From Candidatus Bathyarchaeota archaeon (GTDB taxonomy: Archaea; Thermoproteota; Bathyarchaeia; Bathyarchaeales; Bathycorpusculaceae), in assembly GCA_963733095.1 (NCBI GenBank), contig CAVTBV010000014.1:100599-164598 (forward strand): a stretch of 64,000 nucleotides of DNA, in the 5' to 3' direction. Below the pieces are notes generated by a model, which worked only from the letters and a program-made list of their open reading frames with translations, had not been told where the DNA came from and made no database searches. Position numbers and translations under genes: made by a program. Shown piece by piece: positions 19,561-30,325 of the stretch; position 1 is the first letter of the stretch; each line of letters begins with the position of its first letter.

Positions 19561-21837
19561 TTAGGTAGATACCTTGCAAAGTCGCCGCAAAATGATCGTG
19601 GCTGCCTTCTTGTCTAGGGGTTGGTTTTCGTTTCCGCATTTGGGTGAGTATATGCATGAGGGGCAGCCTTCTTTGCATTCGCAGTTTTCAATGAGCTCCA
19701 GTGTTTTTTCCCACAGCGGCTTTATGTTTGAGTAGAGGGTTTCTGAGATTCCGATGCCGCCTTCAAATCCATCGTAGATGAAAATTGTTGGCTCGCCTGT
19801 ATCCGGGTGCAGAGGGGTCGATAATCCGCCGATGTCCCATCGGTCACACATCGCAAAAATAGGCGACATCGCTATCATGGAATGTTCAACAGCGTGGAGT
19901 CCTCCATCAAAATCAAGCCCTTGTGCTTCTATTTCTTCTCTAATTTCTTCTGGGATAATAAACCACAAACCAACAGTTGAAAAAGAGAGCGGGGGCAAAC
20001 TAAGTGGGGTTCTTTTTATGACTTCATCGTATGTTTTGGTGAGGTAGGTATGGTAAATTTCGGTAATGGATAGTTCTCCTAATCCAACTTTAACTCCGTT
20101 GTTGTTCTCTTCATGTGCTTTTTTGATTGTGACATCGACGTCTTTTAGTGCCTCGGTGTAGTAGTTGACGTTTTCTTGCCTAACTTTAGCAGTTAATTGA
20201 TCCAAGTCGAGGTCTTCTGAGATATAGGTCTCTCCTTGATGAAGTAAAACGGCTCCTGCGTGAGCTTCTTCGTAGGCTTTGTTTAGGGTGAGTGTTTCTA
20301 GAAGGTTATCGTTGCAGGTCACGGTGACGGTTTGATGGGTTATGCTTTCAAGATTTACAATTTCTGTTGTTCTTGCTGTACCTGAGTAGACCCATCCGCG
20401 TGGTGTTTTTCGGATTAGGTTTTCTTGCTCCAGCGCTCGAATGCTTTCTGGGAGCAGTTCTGTGAAAAATTGTCTATCAACTGCTTCGTTGATTGGCAGT
20501 TCGCTTGATGCGCACATTATGTGTCCCAAAGAAATGTATTGGTTATGGAGGTCGATGATTGCTTGTTCGTGTGGTCTTCCAAAGAAGTCGTTTGGGTGTT
20601 TCATGAAGTATTGGTCGAGTGGGTTTTGGAAGGCTACTAGAGTTACGAGTGAATCGGAGTTGCTTCTTCCGGCGCGTCCTGCTTGTTGCCATGTTGAGAT
20701 GATGGTTCCTGGGTAGCCGGAAATGATGACTGAGTCTAGTGAGCCTATGTCGATTCCGAGTTCCAGTGCGTTGGTTGAGACGACGCCGATTAGGTTTTTG
20801 TTTTTTAGTTTGTTTTCTATTTCTCTTCTTTCTTGGGGTAGGTAGCCTGCACGGTAGGCTGTTATGAGTGTGGGTGATTTTTTTCGTTTTGTGAGTTCTT
20901 CTTTGGTCCATCGTGTTATGAGTTCAGCCATTTGTCGTGATGTTGTGAAGCAGAGTGTTTGCAGGTTTTTGAGGAGGTTTAGTGTTAGGATGTCTTTGGT
21001 TTCTTGGTGTGTTGATCTGCGATTTGTGTTTGCTTCGTCGATGAATGGTGGGTTCCAGAATAAAAATGATTTATTTCCTCTTGGAGCGCCATCTTTTGAG
21101 ACTACTTCAAAATCCTTTCCTGTCAGTCTGCTGGCGTGTTCCTTTGGGTTTGCGATTGTTGCTGAGGAGAGTATGATTTGTGGGTTTGCGTGATAGTAAC
21201 TGCAGATTCTTAATAGTCTTCTTATGACCATGGCGACGTTTGAGCCGAAGACTCCGCGGTAGACGTGTGCTTCATCGATTACGATGAATTTGAGGTTTTG
21301 AAGAAAGGTTCGCCATTTGTAGTGCCAGGGTAGGTATTGGTGGAGTCCGTAGGGGTTGGTTAGGATTATTCTTGAGTTTTCTCGTATGCTTGCTCTTTGA
21401 TGCGGGGGCGTATCTCCGTCATAGACATTGGCGTCTGTCTTTATGCATGTGTCTTTTTCGAGTTCTTTTAGGACTTTTAGTTGATCGTTTGTTAGCGCCT
21501 TTGTTGGGTAGAGGTATAGTGCGGTTGCTTTCTTGTCGTTGGTTAATGCTTCAAGAACAGGAATGTTAAAGGCTAATGTTTTTCCTGAGGCGGTAGGAGT
21601 GGCAATTACGACGTTTTTGCTTTGTCTGGCTATGTTTATGGCTTCGGCTTGATGGGAATAGAATTTTATTTTCCTGTTTAACAGGCAATTTTGGATTTTT
21701 TGGGTAAGCGGTTTCTCGAGTTCTGCATAATTTGCTTCTTGAGAAGGAATTTTTTCTATATGTACGATTTGTTTTTTGTAGGACGACATGTGTTTTATCG
21801 ATTTTATGAAGTCATCTATCAAGGTTCCATTCCTCAT
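19561..21837 (-). CDS. mrfA: DEAH helicase with DUF1998 (MrfA/YprA/Hrq1 family)
   Basis: TPTASGKT, YPTKAL.NDQ, DEAH, SATIANP, QQAGRAGR, and C-terminal CECKEGCPSC. Confidence 0.9.
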   Translation of the reverse strand: MRNGTLIDDFIKSIKHMSSYKKQIVHIEKIPSQEANYAELEKPLTQKIQNCLLNRKIKFYSHQAEAINIARQSKNVVIATPTASGKTLAFNIPVLEALTNDKKATALYLYPTKALTNDQLKVLKELEKDTCIKTDANVYDGDTPPHQRASIRENSRIILTNPYGLHQYLPWHYKWRTFLQNLKFIVIDEAHVYRGVFGSNVAMVIRRLLRICSYYHANPQIILSSATIANPKEHASRLTGKDFEVVSKDGAPRGNKSFLFWNPPFIDEANTNRRSTHQETKDILTLNLLKNLQTLCFTTSRQMAELITRWTKEELTKRKKSPTLITAYRAGYLPQERREIENKLKNKNLIGVVSTNALELGIDIGSLDSVIISGYPGTIISTWQQAGRAGRSNSDSLVTLVAFQNPLDQYFMKHPNDFFGRPHEQAIIDLHNQYISLGHIMCASSELPINEAVDRQFFTELLPESIRALEQENLIRKTPRGWVYSGTARTTEIVNLESITHQTVTVTCNDNLLETLTLNKAYEEAHAGAVLLHQGETYISEDLDLDQLTAKVRQENVNYYTEALKDVDVTIKKAHEENNNGVKVGLGELSITEIYHTYLTKTYDEVIKRTPLSLPPLSFSTVGLWFIIPEEIREEIEAQGLDFDGGLHAVEHSMIAMSPIFAMCDRWDIGGLSTPLHPDTGEPTIFIYDGFEGGIGISETLYSNIKPLWEKTLELIENCECKEGCPSCIYSPKCGNENQPLDKKAATIILRRLCKVST

Positions 21838-23062
21838 AGAGCCTCGAGAACAGGCTTCCAAGTGTTAATAGGTCTTGTCTGTTGTGTTCAACTATAGGTA
21901 CAAGGGGTCCAACGTTTTTGGTTCTCATGTAGGTTTCGTAGAAGTGTGGAACTAATGCCCCTGGTATGTTTACGTCTCTTTTGACGCCGATGTATTTTTC
22001 AACGGTATCTAGTCTGCAGTCGGGTAATTTGTGGCGGAGGGCGCGTCTAGTAAAATGCAACATGTCGAAGTGTGTGTTGTCCAAGGGTGCATCTAATCCA
22101 TAGTAAGCTAATCTCTGCTTTATGTATGGAATGTCGAAGCTTCTGCCGTTAAAGGTTATGAGTGACGAGTTGGGTTCAAGCTGTGAGACTAAAGCCCAAA
22201 TCGCGCTTGGTTCATCTTGGATGTCTCTTAGCAGGAATTGGCTTGTGCAAATGTGGGTCTTTGTGGGTTTTGCTATCCCCAAAAGGATAATGGGTCTTTC
22301 TGATAGTCCCATGGTTTCGATGTCTATTATGGCGAAGTCTTGGTCTTGGCAGAACCCTGCTAAATAGTGGAGGAGCGGGTGGGATTTTGGGAGGCGTTGC
22401 CAGAGCCATTTCTGTATTGAGTCCACTTCTTTGTTGTCGACTATTTTCATGTAGTCGGCGGCTTGTTTTCTCCATCGGGAATGACGCTTGAGGTCTTCTA
22501 TTGTTTTGAAGCCCTTGCGTTTTAGTGCTTTTTCACCCACGGGCCCAATTCCTGATAGGACTTTTAAGTCAGAGATGACGTGTTGCCTGCTTTCCTGGTA
22601 AGCTACCAGTTTGAAGTTTGATGCGCAAGATGATGAGATGGCGTAGCATTCGCCCTGTTCATTTGAAACCACTTCGCCAGATATTGCGTCTTCAAGACTC
22701 TTGTCCTGGTATTGCTTAATCAGTTCGCCCTCGAGGTATAGAGCATCGTTGTATTCAGCACTCCATACCCAACTCTCAAAAACCGGTTTCTTGGGCTCCT
22801 CTTTAGCGCCTTCAGATACAACTTCATACTCTTTTGATTCGCCCACCCTTTGCCTAAGACTCTCAGCAGCCCTACTTAGAGCGGATTTTTCCTTGAAAGA
22901 ATTATCAACTTTAGCTGCCGCCGTTTTAGATGTTGACCCCTGATTTTGTACTTTGAAATTAGGCATCAGAAACGAACCGCATGACTGGCAGAATCTGCTT
23001 TGCGCATACTCGTCTTTGGAGTAATTTTTACCGCATTTTCTGCACAAATACGAAATTGGCAA
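21812..23062 (-). CDS. mrfB: RNase_H_2 exonuclease (MrfB/YprB-like) with N-terminal Zn ribbon
   Basis: IDIETMGL, TFNGRSFDIPYI, HFDMLH, HNRQD; CxxC..CxxC N-terminus; overlaps the helicase gene. Confidence 0.85.
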   Translation of the reverse strand: MPISYLCRKCGKNYSKDEYAQSRFCQSCGSFLMPNFKVQNQGSTSKTAAAKVDNSFKEKSALSRAAESLRQRVGESKEYEVVSEGAKEEPKKPVFESWVWSAEYNDALYLEGELIKQYQDKSLEDAISGEVVSNEQGECYAISSSCASNFKLVAYQESRQHVISDLKVLSGIGPVGEKALKRKGFKTIEDLKRHSRWRKQAADYMKIVDNKEVDSIQKWLWQRLPKSHPLLHYLAGFCQDQDFAIIDIETMGLSERPIILLGIAKPTKTHICTSQFLLRDIQDEPSAIWALVSQLEPNSSLITFNGRSFDIPYIKQRLAYYGLDAPLDNTHFDMLHFTRRALRHKLPDCRLDTVEKYIGVKRDVNIPGALVPHFYETYMRTKNVGPLVPIVEHNRQDLLTLGSLFSRLYEEWNLDR

Positions 23063-23320
23063 TTTAGGGTCAACCTACAATCTCTGCAATGATTATAAAA
23101 GCCCTATGTTATTTGGAAATAAAGCAACCACAAACATATGTGAGCACTTAGATTTTTTTGGTTGGTTTAACTTTTGTTTGATTGTTGTCGCTACCGTTGT
23201 GCAGAATGTAGTTCGGCAGCAGCAACAACAACTTCTCTGCGCCTAATGAGGGACTACTCCAGTTGCTTATGGATAAATTATTAATGCAACTTGTATGTTA
23301 ACTGCCTGTCGGGACAATTG

Positions 23321-25120
23321 ATGAATGCTAAGCTTACATTCTACGGGGGCGTCGATGAAATCGGCGGCAACAAGATCCTGCTCCAGACCGAGGATGGTTC
23401 TGTTCTTCTGGATTTTGGTCGCCGAATGGGCAAGTACAGTAAGTTCTTCTCCGAGTTTCTTGTGGCTCGTTCCAAGAATGCTTTGCGGGATATGGTGCGG
23501 TTGGGGATTTTGCCTAAAATCAACGGCATATACACGCCCCACCTGGTTGACATGACTGTCTTGTTTGAGAGCGAAGCGGTCAGCGAAAAAGTTCCTCTAA
23601 ACGAGGCGTTGGATTATTGGAAAACAACAGACGTCTGCCCATGCAACCCCCAGCATCCAGCGGTCGACGGCGTGTTTGTTTCGCATGCCCATTTTGACCA
23701 CATCCAAGACGTCAGCTTCCTTGACCCCTGCATCCCTGTCTACTGCACCGAAAAAACCAAGGTCCTAGCAAAAGCGATGACTGATGTTTCGGTTTCTGGC
23801 GTGGATGACCAATACTACAAAGTCGCTAAGAAAGTCACCATCAAACAAAAATCACCCATGTTTAAGACCCTCTGCCCCGGAGAATGCGCGTGCAGTGAAG
23901 AAAAGGAAGAGGAGCACCCAGTCATTGAAGATCCCAAAACTAAATTCAGATTTACCTACGACATTGCTCCTCAGTACCGAACGTTTAACACGGCTTTGGA
24001 GGGACAGATAAAGGGCATCAAGTACAAGTTGATCCCGGTTGGGCACTCGGTGCCGGGTGCATGTTCAGTTTTGCTTGTTCTTCCAGATGGAAAACGTATC
24101 CTCTACACTGGAGACGTTCGGTTTCATGGGGATGGTGAGGTTTCGACCGATGAATATGTCCGCTCAATCGATGGTCCAGTTGATGTTTTGATTACTGAAG
24201 GAACCCGCATAGGCTCGGATGAAGTAATAACCGAGCAAGATGTTGAAAGAGACATCAGTGTAGATATTGGGCTTTCTGAAGGGTTAGTGCTCATAAACTT
24301 TGGCTGGAAGGACCTAACACGTTTCAACACCATCTACCAAGCCGCCAAAGAAAACAGCCGCACCCTGTTAATCAACCCCAAACTCGCGTACCTCCTCTAC
24401 GAGATGTACCATAATTTTCCCGATGAATACGACGACCCACGAACAATGCCCAACCTCAGAGTCTACTTAAAACGGGAAGGCGACCTGCTCTACTCCAAAG
24501 CAGACTATGACAAATACAAAATGGGTTACCTTCATTACCATGGAAGAAACATCGCCCAGACAGATCGCAACATAGTGCGTGTTGCAGAGAGGTTAGGAGT
24601 AGGTGGCGATTCAAACAACTCCAAAAACCCCTTGCCGCCAACTAGTGATGGGGAACCATACGATTACCAAGAAATCTATTCGTTAGCTATCCATCATCTA
24701 GACAACGGTGTTAGGGCATTCCAGATTAGGCAAAGCCCTACAGAATACGTTTTGATGTTCTCTTATTGGGATGCTAACGAACTTTTCGATATAATTCCAC
24801 CTGGCAGTAGTCATAAGACAAGGTACATTTCTGCTTCAACTGAACCGTTCAATGAGGAAATGGAGATCGATGAGGCTAAAATGGTGAATTGGCTGGATTT
24901 CTTCAACGTTAACTATGACTATGAAATAAAGAGAGAACACAAAATGTTCGTTCGAAGACATGTTTCAGGGCACGCTTCAAAACCGGAACTCAAAGAGATA
25001 ATAGACAAAATTAACCCAGCAAAAATAGTGCCGATACACAGCGACCACCCAGAACTGTTCGAGGAAATGTTCAAGGAAAAAGTCCTGTTACCGAAAGACT
25101 CGCAAGCTATCGAAGTCTGA
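23321..25120 (+). CDS. metallo-beta-lactamase/beta-CASP ribonuclease (RNase J-like)
   Basis: GGVDEIGGN, LDFG, SHAHFDH, GHSVPG, YTGD.R.HG, ITEGT, HVSGHA, PIH. Confidence 0.88.
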   Translation: MNAKLTFYGGVDEIGGNKILLQTEDGSVLLDFGRRMGKYSKFFSEFLVARSKNALRDMVRLGILPKINGIYTPHLVDMTVLFESEAVSEKVPLNEALDYWKTTDVCPCNPQHPAVDGVFVSHAHFDHIQDVSFLDPCIPVYCTEKTKVLAKAMTDVSVSGVDDQYYKVAKKVTIKQKSPMFKTLCPGECACSEEKEEEHPVIEDPKTKFRFTYDIAPQYRTFNTALEGQIKGIKYKLIPVGHSVPGACSVLLVLPDGKRILYTGDVRFHGDGEVSTDEYVRSIDGPVDVLITEGTRIGSDEVITEQDVERDISVDIGLSEGLVLINFGWKDLTRFNTIYQAAKENSRTLLINPKLAYLLYEMYHNFPDEYDDPRTMPNLRVYLKREGDLLYSKADYDKYKMGYLHYHGRNIAQTDRNIVRVAERLGVGGDSNNSKNPLPPTSDGEPYDYQEIYSLAIHHLDNGVRAFQIRQSPTEYVLMFSYWDANELFDIIPPGSSHKTRYISASTEPFNEEMEIDEAKMVNWLDFFNVNYDYEIKREHKMFVRRHVSGHASKPELKEIIDKINPAKIVPIHSDHPELFEEMFKEKVLLPKDSQAIEV

Positions 25121-25167
25121 CTAAAACCGCTTAATAAGTTTCTGCCGGGGTACAATTTACCGATTCT

Positions 25168-25512
25168 TCACGTCTCTATGTACTCTTTTAGGGCTGCAGC
25201 ACTGTTTAGTTTTTCTTCTTTCGAACCAAAAAGGAAGGTTATATTATGTTTTGCGGATTCAGCACTTAATTTTTCAATAGTGTCTTTTTTCTCTTCTAGT
25301 TCAGACCAGTACCTCAACTTGAACTCGGGCCATTTCGCCGGATCATGTCCATACCACTTTCTTAACTCCACACTGGGCGCTATGTCCTTCAACCATTCAT
25401 CAACCTTCGCGATTTGTTTCTTTAGCCCTCTGGGCCAAAGGCGCTCTACCAGAATTCGTTTGCCATCTTCAACATCTGGTTTTGCGTAGGCACGTTTCAA
25501 AAGAATTGGCAT
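25168..25512 (-). CDS. DUF488 (YeaO-like) protein
   Basis: KRAY.....DG.RILVERLWPRG, W.KDIAPS.ELRKWY.HD. Confidence 0.9.
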   Translation of the reverse strand: MPILLKRAYAKPDVEDGKRILVERLWPRGLKKQIAKVDEWLKDIAPSVELRKWYGHDPAKWPEFKLRYWSELEEKKDTIEKLSAESAKHNITFLFGSKEEKLNSAAALKEYIET

Positions 25513-25759
25513 ACATAACCTCAGGTAGTTCTGTTGTATATCGAAGTAGAAATGGTTATCTCTTAAGCTTTTTGACAGTCAAAATAAAGCTTTCAAATGT
25601 AGATCCGTTTTTATCTAAAGGGAAAAATAGGAGAACCCGAATAGAACCTAGCGTTTTTCCAAACACATTATTGTGGGGAGTCAATGAAAACAAGTTCTTT
25701 CGAGGATTTTGAGTTTCAGGAATTTTGCGATTTTTTAAATCTTGAGGAGAGAGAATTGT

Positions 25760-27745
25760 TTGCCTAGAGATCTTGTTGTAGCCAATGGTCGCGTGGCGAT
25801 TGCTTTGGATGGAAAGATGCGGATTAGGGATTTCTTCTATCCGCAGGTTGGTTTAGAGAATCATGTTGCTGGTCACGAATTTCGTAATGGAATCTGGGTT
25901 GATGGGCAGTTCTCGTGGATTGGCGATGATTGGCAGTTTTCTTTGAAGTATTTGCCTGAGACTAACGTTACTAAATGCAAAGCTGTGAATCAAAGGCTTA
26001 ACTTGGAGTTGACGGTCAATGACGCTATCTATAGTTTTCTTGATGTATATTTGAGAAAAATCGTCATCAGGAACGAGGCTGAATCGAAGAGAAAAATTAG
26101 ACTCTTCTTCTCTCATGATTTTCATATCTATGGGGAAGACACGGGAGACACAGTGATGTATGACCCTTCCAGCCGTTCAATTGTTCATTACAAGCGGAAC
26201 CGTTATTTTCTAATAAACGGCGTAACTGATAGGGGAGAAGGGATTTTTGAATATGCAACAGGCCAAAAAGAAGCGTTTGGCAAAGAGGGTACTTGGAGAG
26301 ATGCTGAAGATGGTGTTCTAGAAGGAAATCCGATAGCTCAAGGTTCGGTAGACTCCACTCTATCATTTGAGGTTGATGTATATCCCAAGTCGGCTAACAC
26401 CATTTACTATTGGATTGCCTGCGGCAAGAATCTTGAACAAGTCGAAGAATTGAATACCACCGTAAGAAACATCGGAGTAGAACAGATGCTTTTGGAGACC
26501 GAAAATTACTGGAGCGCTTGGGTAAACAGACATGGCTTAAACCTCAGCATACTACCACAAAAGATTACGCGCTTATTCAAAACCTCTCTACTTATAATGC
26601 GTACCCACGCTGACAAGTCAGGCGCTATTATTGCATCCTGCGACTCAGACGTCTTACAGTTCAACCGCGACACGTATTCATACGTTTGGCCTCGCGACAG
26701 TTCAATCTGCGCAATGGCGTTTGACATGGCAGGTTTTCAAGAAGTGTCAAGAAAATTTTTCCGTTTCTGCAACCGTATAATAACTGAAAAAGGCTATTTT
26801 AGGCATAAGTATTGGTCTGACGGCTCGGTGGGCAGCAGCTGGCATGCACTAATCGACAACAGAGGTGAACCTGAACTGCCCATACAACTCGATGAAACGG
26901 GTCTAGTTCTCTATGCTTTATGGCAACATTACCAGAAATATCATGACCTCGAGTTCATAGCCAGCGTATACCCAAATCTCGTGATTAAGGCGTCAGATTT
27001 CATGCTGAAGTATAAGGATGAAGCAACTCAGCTTCTAAAACCATCATTTGACATGTGGGAAGAAAAGACAGGGGCGTTTACCTCGACAATTCTTGTAGTT
27101 TCCGCAGCTTTGGATGCTGCAGCAAAGTTTGCAGAAGTCTTTTACGATAGCGGACGCCAGAAAATTCTAAATGAAGGTGCAACCCAACTAAAAGATAGCT
27201 TGCTTAAACATCTTTACGATTATAAGTTGAGGCGTCTCAAGAAAGCAATCTACGCTAATGGATCAAGCGATTCTTCAGTAGATAGCTGCCTTCTTTTTGG
27301 CTTACTCTTCAACCAAATTGACTTGAATAGCGAATTATCCCAATCCACTGTGAATGCAGTAGTTGATAAACTGTGGCTAAAGGAAGGAATTGGTGGACTG
27401 GCTAGGTATGAAAACGATGAATACCATAAAGTCGCAAACAACGTCCCGGGCAATCCATGGTTCATATGCACGTTATGGCTGGCGCGATGGTATATTGCTG
27501 CAGCTAAATCAATCAACGACTTAAAGAAAGCCATGGACTTGCTTTCTTGGGCCGAAACGCATTCACTTCCGTCTGGAATTCTAGCGGAACAACTCAACCC
27601 CTTTGATGCAAGCCCCGTATCGGTTTCTCCTCTGCTCTGGAGCCACGCTGAGTTTGTAACCGCCGTCTGTGAGTATGTCGAAAAATACCAGCGGCTTAGA
27701 CAGGTTGAACCACTAATGCCTCATTTGGAGAGCTCTGAAACGTGA
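25760..27745 (+). CDS. glycoside hydrolase family 15 (glucoamylase/trehalase-like)
   Basis: YSYVWPRD, QLDETG, DMWEE, GLARYEND.Y, LAEQ, PLLWSHAE. Confidence 0.92.
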   Translation: MPRDLVVANGRVAIALDGKMRIRDFFYPQVGLENHVAGHEFRNGIWVDGQFSWIGDDWQFSLKYLPETNVTKCKAVNQRLNLELTVNDAIYSFLDVYLRKIVIRNEAESKRKIRLFFSHDFHIYGEDTGDTVMYDPSSRSIVHYKRNRYFLINGVTDRGEGIFEYATGQKEAFGKEGTWRDAEDGVLEGNPIAQGSVDSTLSFEVDVYPKSANTIYYWIACGKNLEQVEELNTTVRNIGVEQMLLETENYWSAWVNRHGLNLSILPQKITRLFKTSLLIMRTHADKSGAIIASCDSDVLQFNRDTYSYVWPRDSSICAMAFDMAGFQEVSRKFFRFCNRIITEKGYFRHKYWSDGSVGSSWHALIDNRGEPELPIQLDETGLVLYALWQHYQKYHDLEFIASVYPNLVIKASDFMLKYKDEATQLLKPSFDMWEEKTGAFTSTILVVSAALDAAAKFAEVFYDSGRQKILNEGATQLKDSLLKHLYDYKLRRLKKAIYANGSSDSSVDSCLLFGLLFNQIDLNSELSQSTVNAVVDKLWLKEGIGGLARYENDEYHKVANNVPGNPWFICTLWLARWYIAAAKSINDLKKAMDLLSWAETHSLPSGILAEQLNPFDASPVSVSPLLWSHAEFVTAVCEYVEKYQRLRQVEPLMPHLESSET

Positions 27746-28047
27746 CCTACCTAAAAATTTGTGACTTGGACATACTTCCTTCGGAAAGTATGAAGCAATT
27801 TCGTATTAATGACAAAGAAATCCTTGCAATTAACTCTGACGGAAATATCTACTGCTTGAGCGCTAGGTGTACGCATGCCGGCGCTCCTTTGGCTGAAGGC
27901 GAAGTGGAAAAAGATGTGCTTACTTGCCCCTGGCACGGCTCTCAATTTAGAATCACAAACGGAGAAGTATTAAGGGGGCCAGCAAACCAGAAACTTGCCA
28001 CTTTCAACTGCATAGTTAAGGATAACATGCTTTTTGCTGACTTATAA
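27742..28047 (+). CDS. Rieske [2Fe-2S] ferredoxin
   Basis: CTHAG and CPWHGS.F motifs; GTG start overlaps the GH15 stop. Confidence 0.9.
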   Translation: MTYLKICDLDILPSESMKQFRINDKEILAINSDGNIYCLSARCTHAGAPLAEGEVEKDVLTCPWHGSQFRITNGEVLRGPANQKLATFNCIVKDNMLFADL

Positions 28048-28158
28048 TTGGGTAACACTGAGTTCCTTTTGAGTTAGCTTCCAGTTTGTGGTTGCTTGAT
28101 GTAATCACGCATCTTTAATTAGACAAATATCTTTGTTGTTATTTGTCGTGATAAAGAC

Positions 28159-28386
28159 ATGGGTATTGTTGTTCCAGAAACTGAAGATAATATAAATATG
28201 TGTCAATGTCCAGGATGCCCGACTTTCAAAGGATCGCCCCTGAATGGCGGGTTCTTTTGTGCTAAAGGCAAGGCAAAAGAGACAGTGAAACAAGCGGGCT
28301 GTCATTGCACGTCATGTTCTGTTTTTACTAAATATGGCTTGAAAACAGGTTACTTCTGCGTGAATGGCAGATCGGCAGATCAATAG
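28159..28386 (+). CDS. DUF2769-like cysteine-rich small protein
   Basis: CQCPGCPT..., FC..GK, GC.C..C.V...Y.L...YFC..G. Confidence 0.8.
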   Translation: MGIVVPETEDNINMCQCPGCPTFKGSPLNGGFFCAKGKAKETVKQAGCHCTSCSVFTKYGLKTGYFCVNGRSADQ

Positions 28387-28522
28387 TCTATGAAGATACT
28401 TCGTGGCATCATATTTTTTTGGCAATTGGTCCATATGTTAAATGAGAAAGAATATTCTAGCGAATGAATAGAAGCTATAACTACTGGTGTGATTTTTCAT
28501 TCAAGAGAATTGTCTTAGGCAA

Positions 28523-29119
28523 TTATTTCGCTGAGACATACCTGTTCTCTTTTATGTAAAAACGCCAATGCTTATTCTTCCATTCCCCAGCATAATCTAT
28601 ACCTATACGAGTTGTTTCAACAATTTCCTTTGGAGGGACGGGTTTAGAGTCTTTAAGGTACAACGGTGGGATTGTGAGGTCGATTTTGTTCTGTGCCTTT
28701 GTTATGTCCATTGCCATGCAGAGCTTTCCGGGACCATTCGTCAAGTTAGCTTTACTCCCATGAACAACATGTCTGCGTTTAGCCATAGTTTCTTCACCAG
28801 CCACAGGTTCGATGGCTCGAAGTAGAACTGCCTCGGGCTTTCCAGGCAAATCGCCTGAGGTAATGTTGATGCAGAAATACATTCCATATATGAAATAGAC
28901 GTAGGCATGCCCTTTCTCTTCATACATGACCTCGTTTCTAGCTGTGCGACGCCCGCCATAACTGTGTGCAGCCTTGTCTTCAGGACCCCTATACGCTTCA
29001 GTCTCCACTATTCTACCAGCGGTTATGCCTTCAGGCGATTCATGAACAATTATTTTTCCTAACAACTCTTTTGCAACTGTTATTACATCTTTTTTATAGA
29101 ACTCTCGTTGCAGAATCAT
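28523..29119 (-). CDS. mpg: 3-methyladenine DNA glycosylase (MPG/AAG family)
   Basis: GRIVETEAY.G..D.AAH, YVY.IYGMY.C.N, NGPGKLC, RIGI. Confidence 0.93.
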   Translation of the reverse strand: MILQREFYKKDVITVAKELLGKIIVHESPEGITAGRIVETEAYRGPEDKAAHSYGGRRTARNEVMYEEKGHAYVYFIYGMYFCINITSGDLPGKPEAVLLRAIEPVAGEETMAKRRHVVHGSKANLTNGPGKLCMAMDITKAQNKIDLTIPPLYLKDSKPVPPKEIVETTRIGIDYAGEWKNKHWRFYIKENRYVSAK

Positions 29120-29161
29120 GCTTTCGGAAAAGACGTCATCTCAAAAATAAGCTTTGCCTTA

Positions 29162-29851
29162 TTAAGGAATAAATGGGTTACTTTGTTTCTTTTTTTTCTC
29201 GACTGCTGCTCTGATATCGTTTATTCTTTCTTCAATGGTTGGGTAGAGTTTGGGTAGGAACCTTTCTATGCGTGTTATTCTTTGGGGTCGCAGGTTGTTT
29301 AGCTTGATCATAGCTGTTATCATTGGTTCGCCGTTTAGGTACTTTACTGAGCTGAGGTCGCATTCTGTTTCTTGGTTTCGGAGCCATTTTGCGTTAACGT
29401 ACAGGGCAGCAACTAAACCAAAAAAACCGAAGAATAAGGTTGCAAGCAAACTGGACACGACTTTTCCTAGACTGTCGACGAGAGGAATTGGATCTATTGA
29501 TGAAAAGTTGAAAAACACAAGGAGACCCGTAAGAACTCCAATTAATGCTGAAGGAACGGTTAATCGAAAGAACTTCTTTGTTCCATGCCTTTTTTTTAGG
29601 TGGGTTAGTTCATGCGCTGCAACAGCTAGCACCTCATCAGGTAGTAGTGTATCGAAATAGGTGGCATCAAAGAAGATTCTGTCCAAGAAAGCCATACCGC
29701 CAACCCGCAACCTTGCCTTATAGTATCTATCTGACATGGGTTTTTTCAAAATTCTGGATATATCCATTGTCTCTGCTAAGTTGTCAAGGGATTCAGATGG
29801 AAAAGGACTTGCTTTTAGTAACCGTGCAAGAAATGAATTGATAATTCCCAT
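29162..29851 (-). CDS. M48/HtpX-like membrane zinc protease
   Basis: AHELTH, two TMs, E..CD, YPTIEERI. Confidence 0.8.
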   Translation of the reverse strand: MGIINSFLARLLKASPFPSESLDNLAETMDISRILKKPMSDRYYKARLRVGGMAFLDRIFFDATYFDTLLPDEVLAVAAHELTHLKKRHGTKKFFRLTVPSALIGVLTGLLVFFNFSSIDPIPLVDSLGKVVSSLLATLFFGFFGLVAALYVNAKWLRNQETECDLSSVKYLNGEPMITAMIKLNNLRPQRITRIERFLPKLYPTIEERINDIRAAVEKKKKQSNPFIP

Positions 29852-29974
29852 GGTGTCTCTCTTCACTTAATCGACTATTATGGCTTCTTTTACGTCCTTG
29901 CGGTTTTCATGATTATTTCTTGGTATGCCTCATCCTTAAAGTCTCTTTCACAAGCTACTAGAACAAGCCTATTC

Positions 29975-30078
29975 CGTACTAAAAGAAACGGTCCACATAG
30001 TAATCTATGATGCCCCAAGAAAATTGGGCAACGGGCGGAAAGTTGCATTCAGAATAACACGCCCAAAGACCCTCAGTA
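29975..30078 (+). pseudogene. decayed 3' fragment of 4-oxalocrotonate tautomerase gene
   Basis: DNA aligns with 49203-49308 (gtccacatag.atctatga...tgggcaacgggcgga..gttgcattcagaa.aacacgcccaaa.accctca) with indel and stop. Confidence 0.8.
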
Positions 30079-30325
30079 CTCGCCTGTGGGAGTTTTCATG
30101 TTGTTTCATTATACTGAAATTCTAATTAAGTTTTTCAATCTTATGGAACGAAGATATAGGTGCAGCAAGGTTGACTGGCGTCGTTCTTTGTAAAATAAAC
30201 CAGGTAAGCAAGTTTAAGAAAACCAGAATACTTGCGCCTAGAGAGTTTTTCGATAGCCTCACTTAAAACCGACTGCGTTTAGTCTTCTTCAACTCTAGAT
30301 TTTTGAGCCTTGAGTAATCGAGTGT

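Noticed and set aside
19561-23062. DUF1998 helicase as a DISARM/Druantia defence component
   Set aside because: The fused helicase-DUF1998 with an RNase_H_2 partner matches the MrfAB repair pair; no adjacent methylase or other defence genes.
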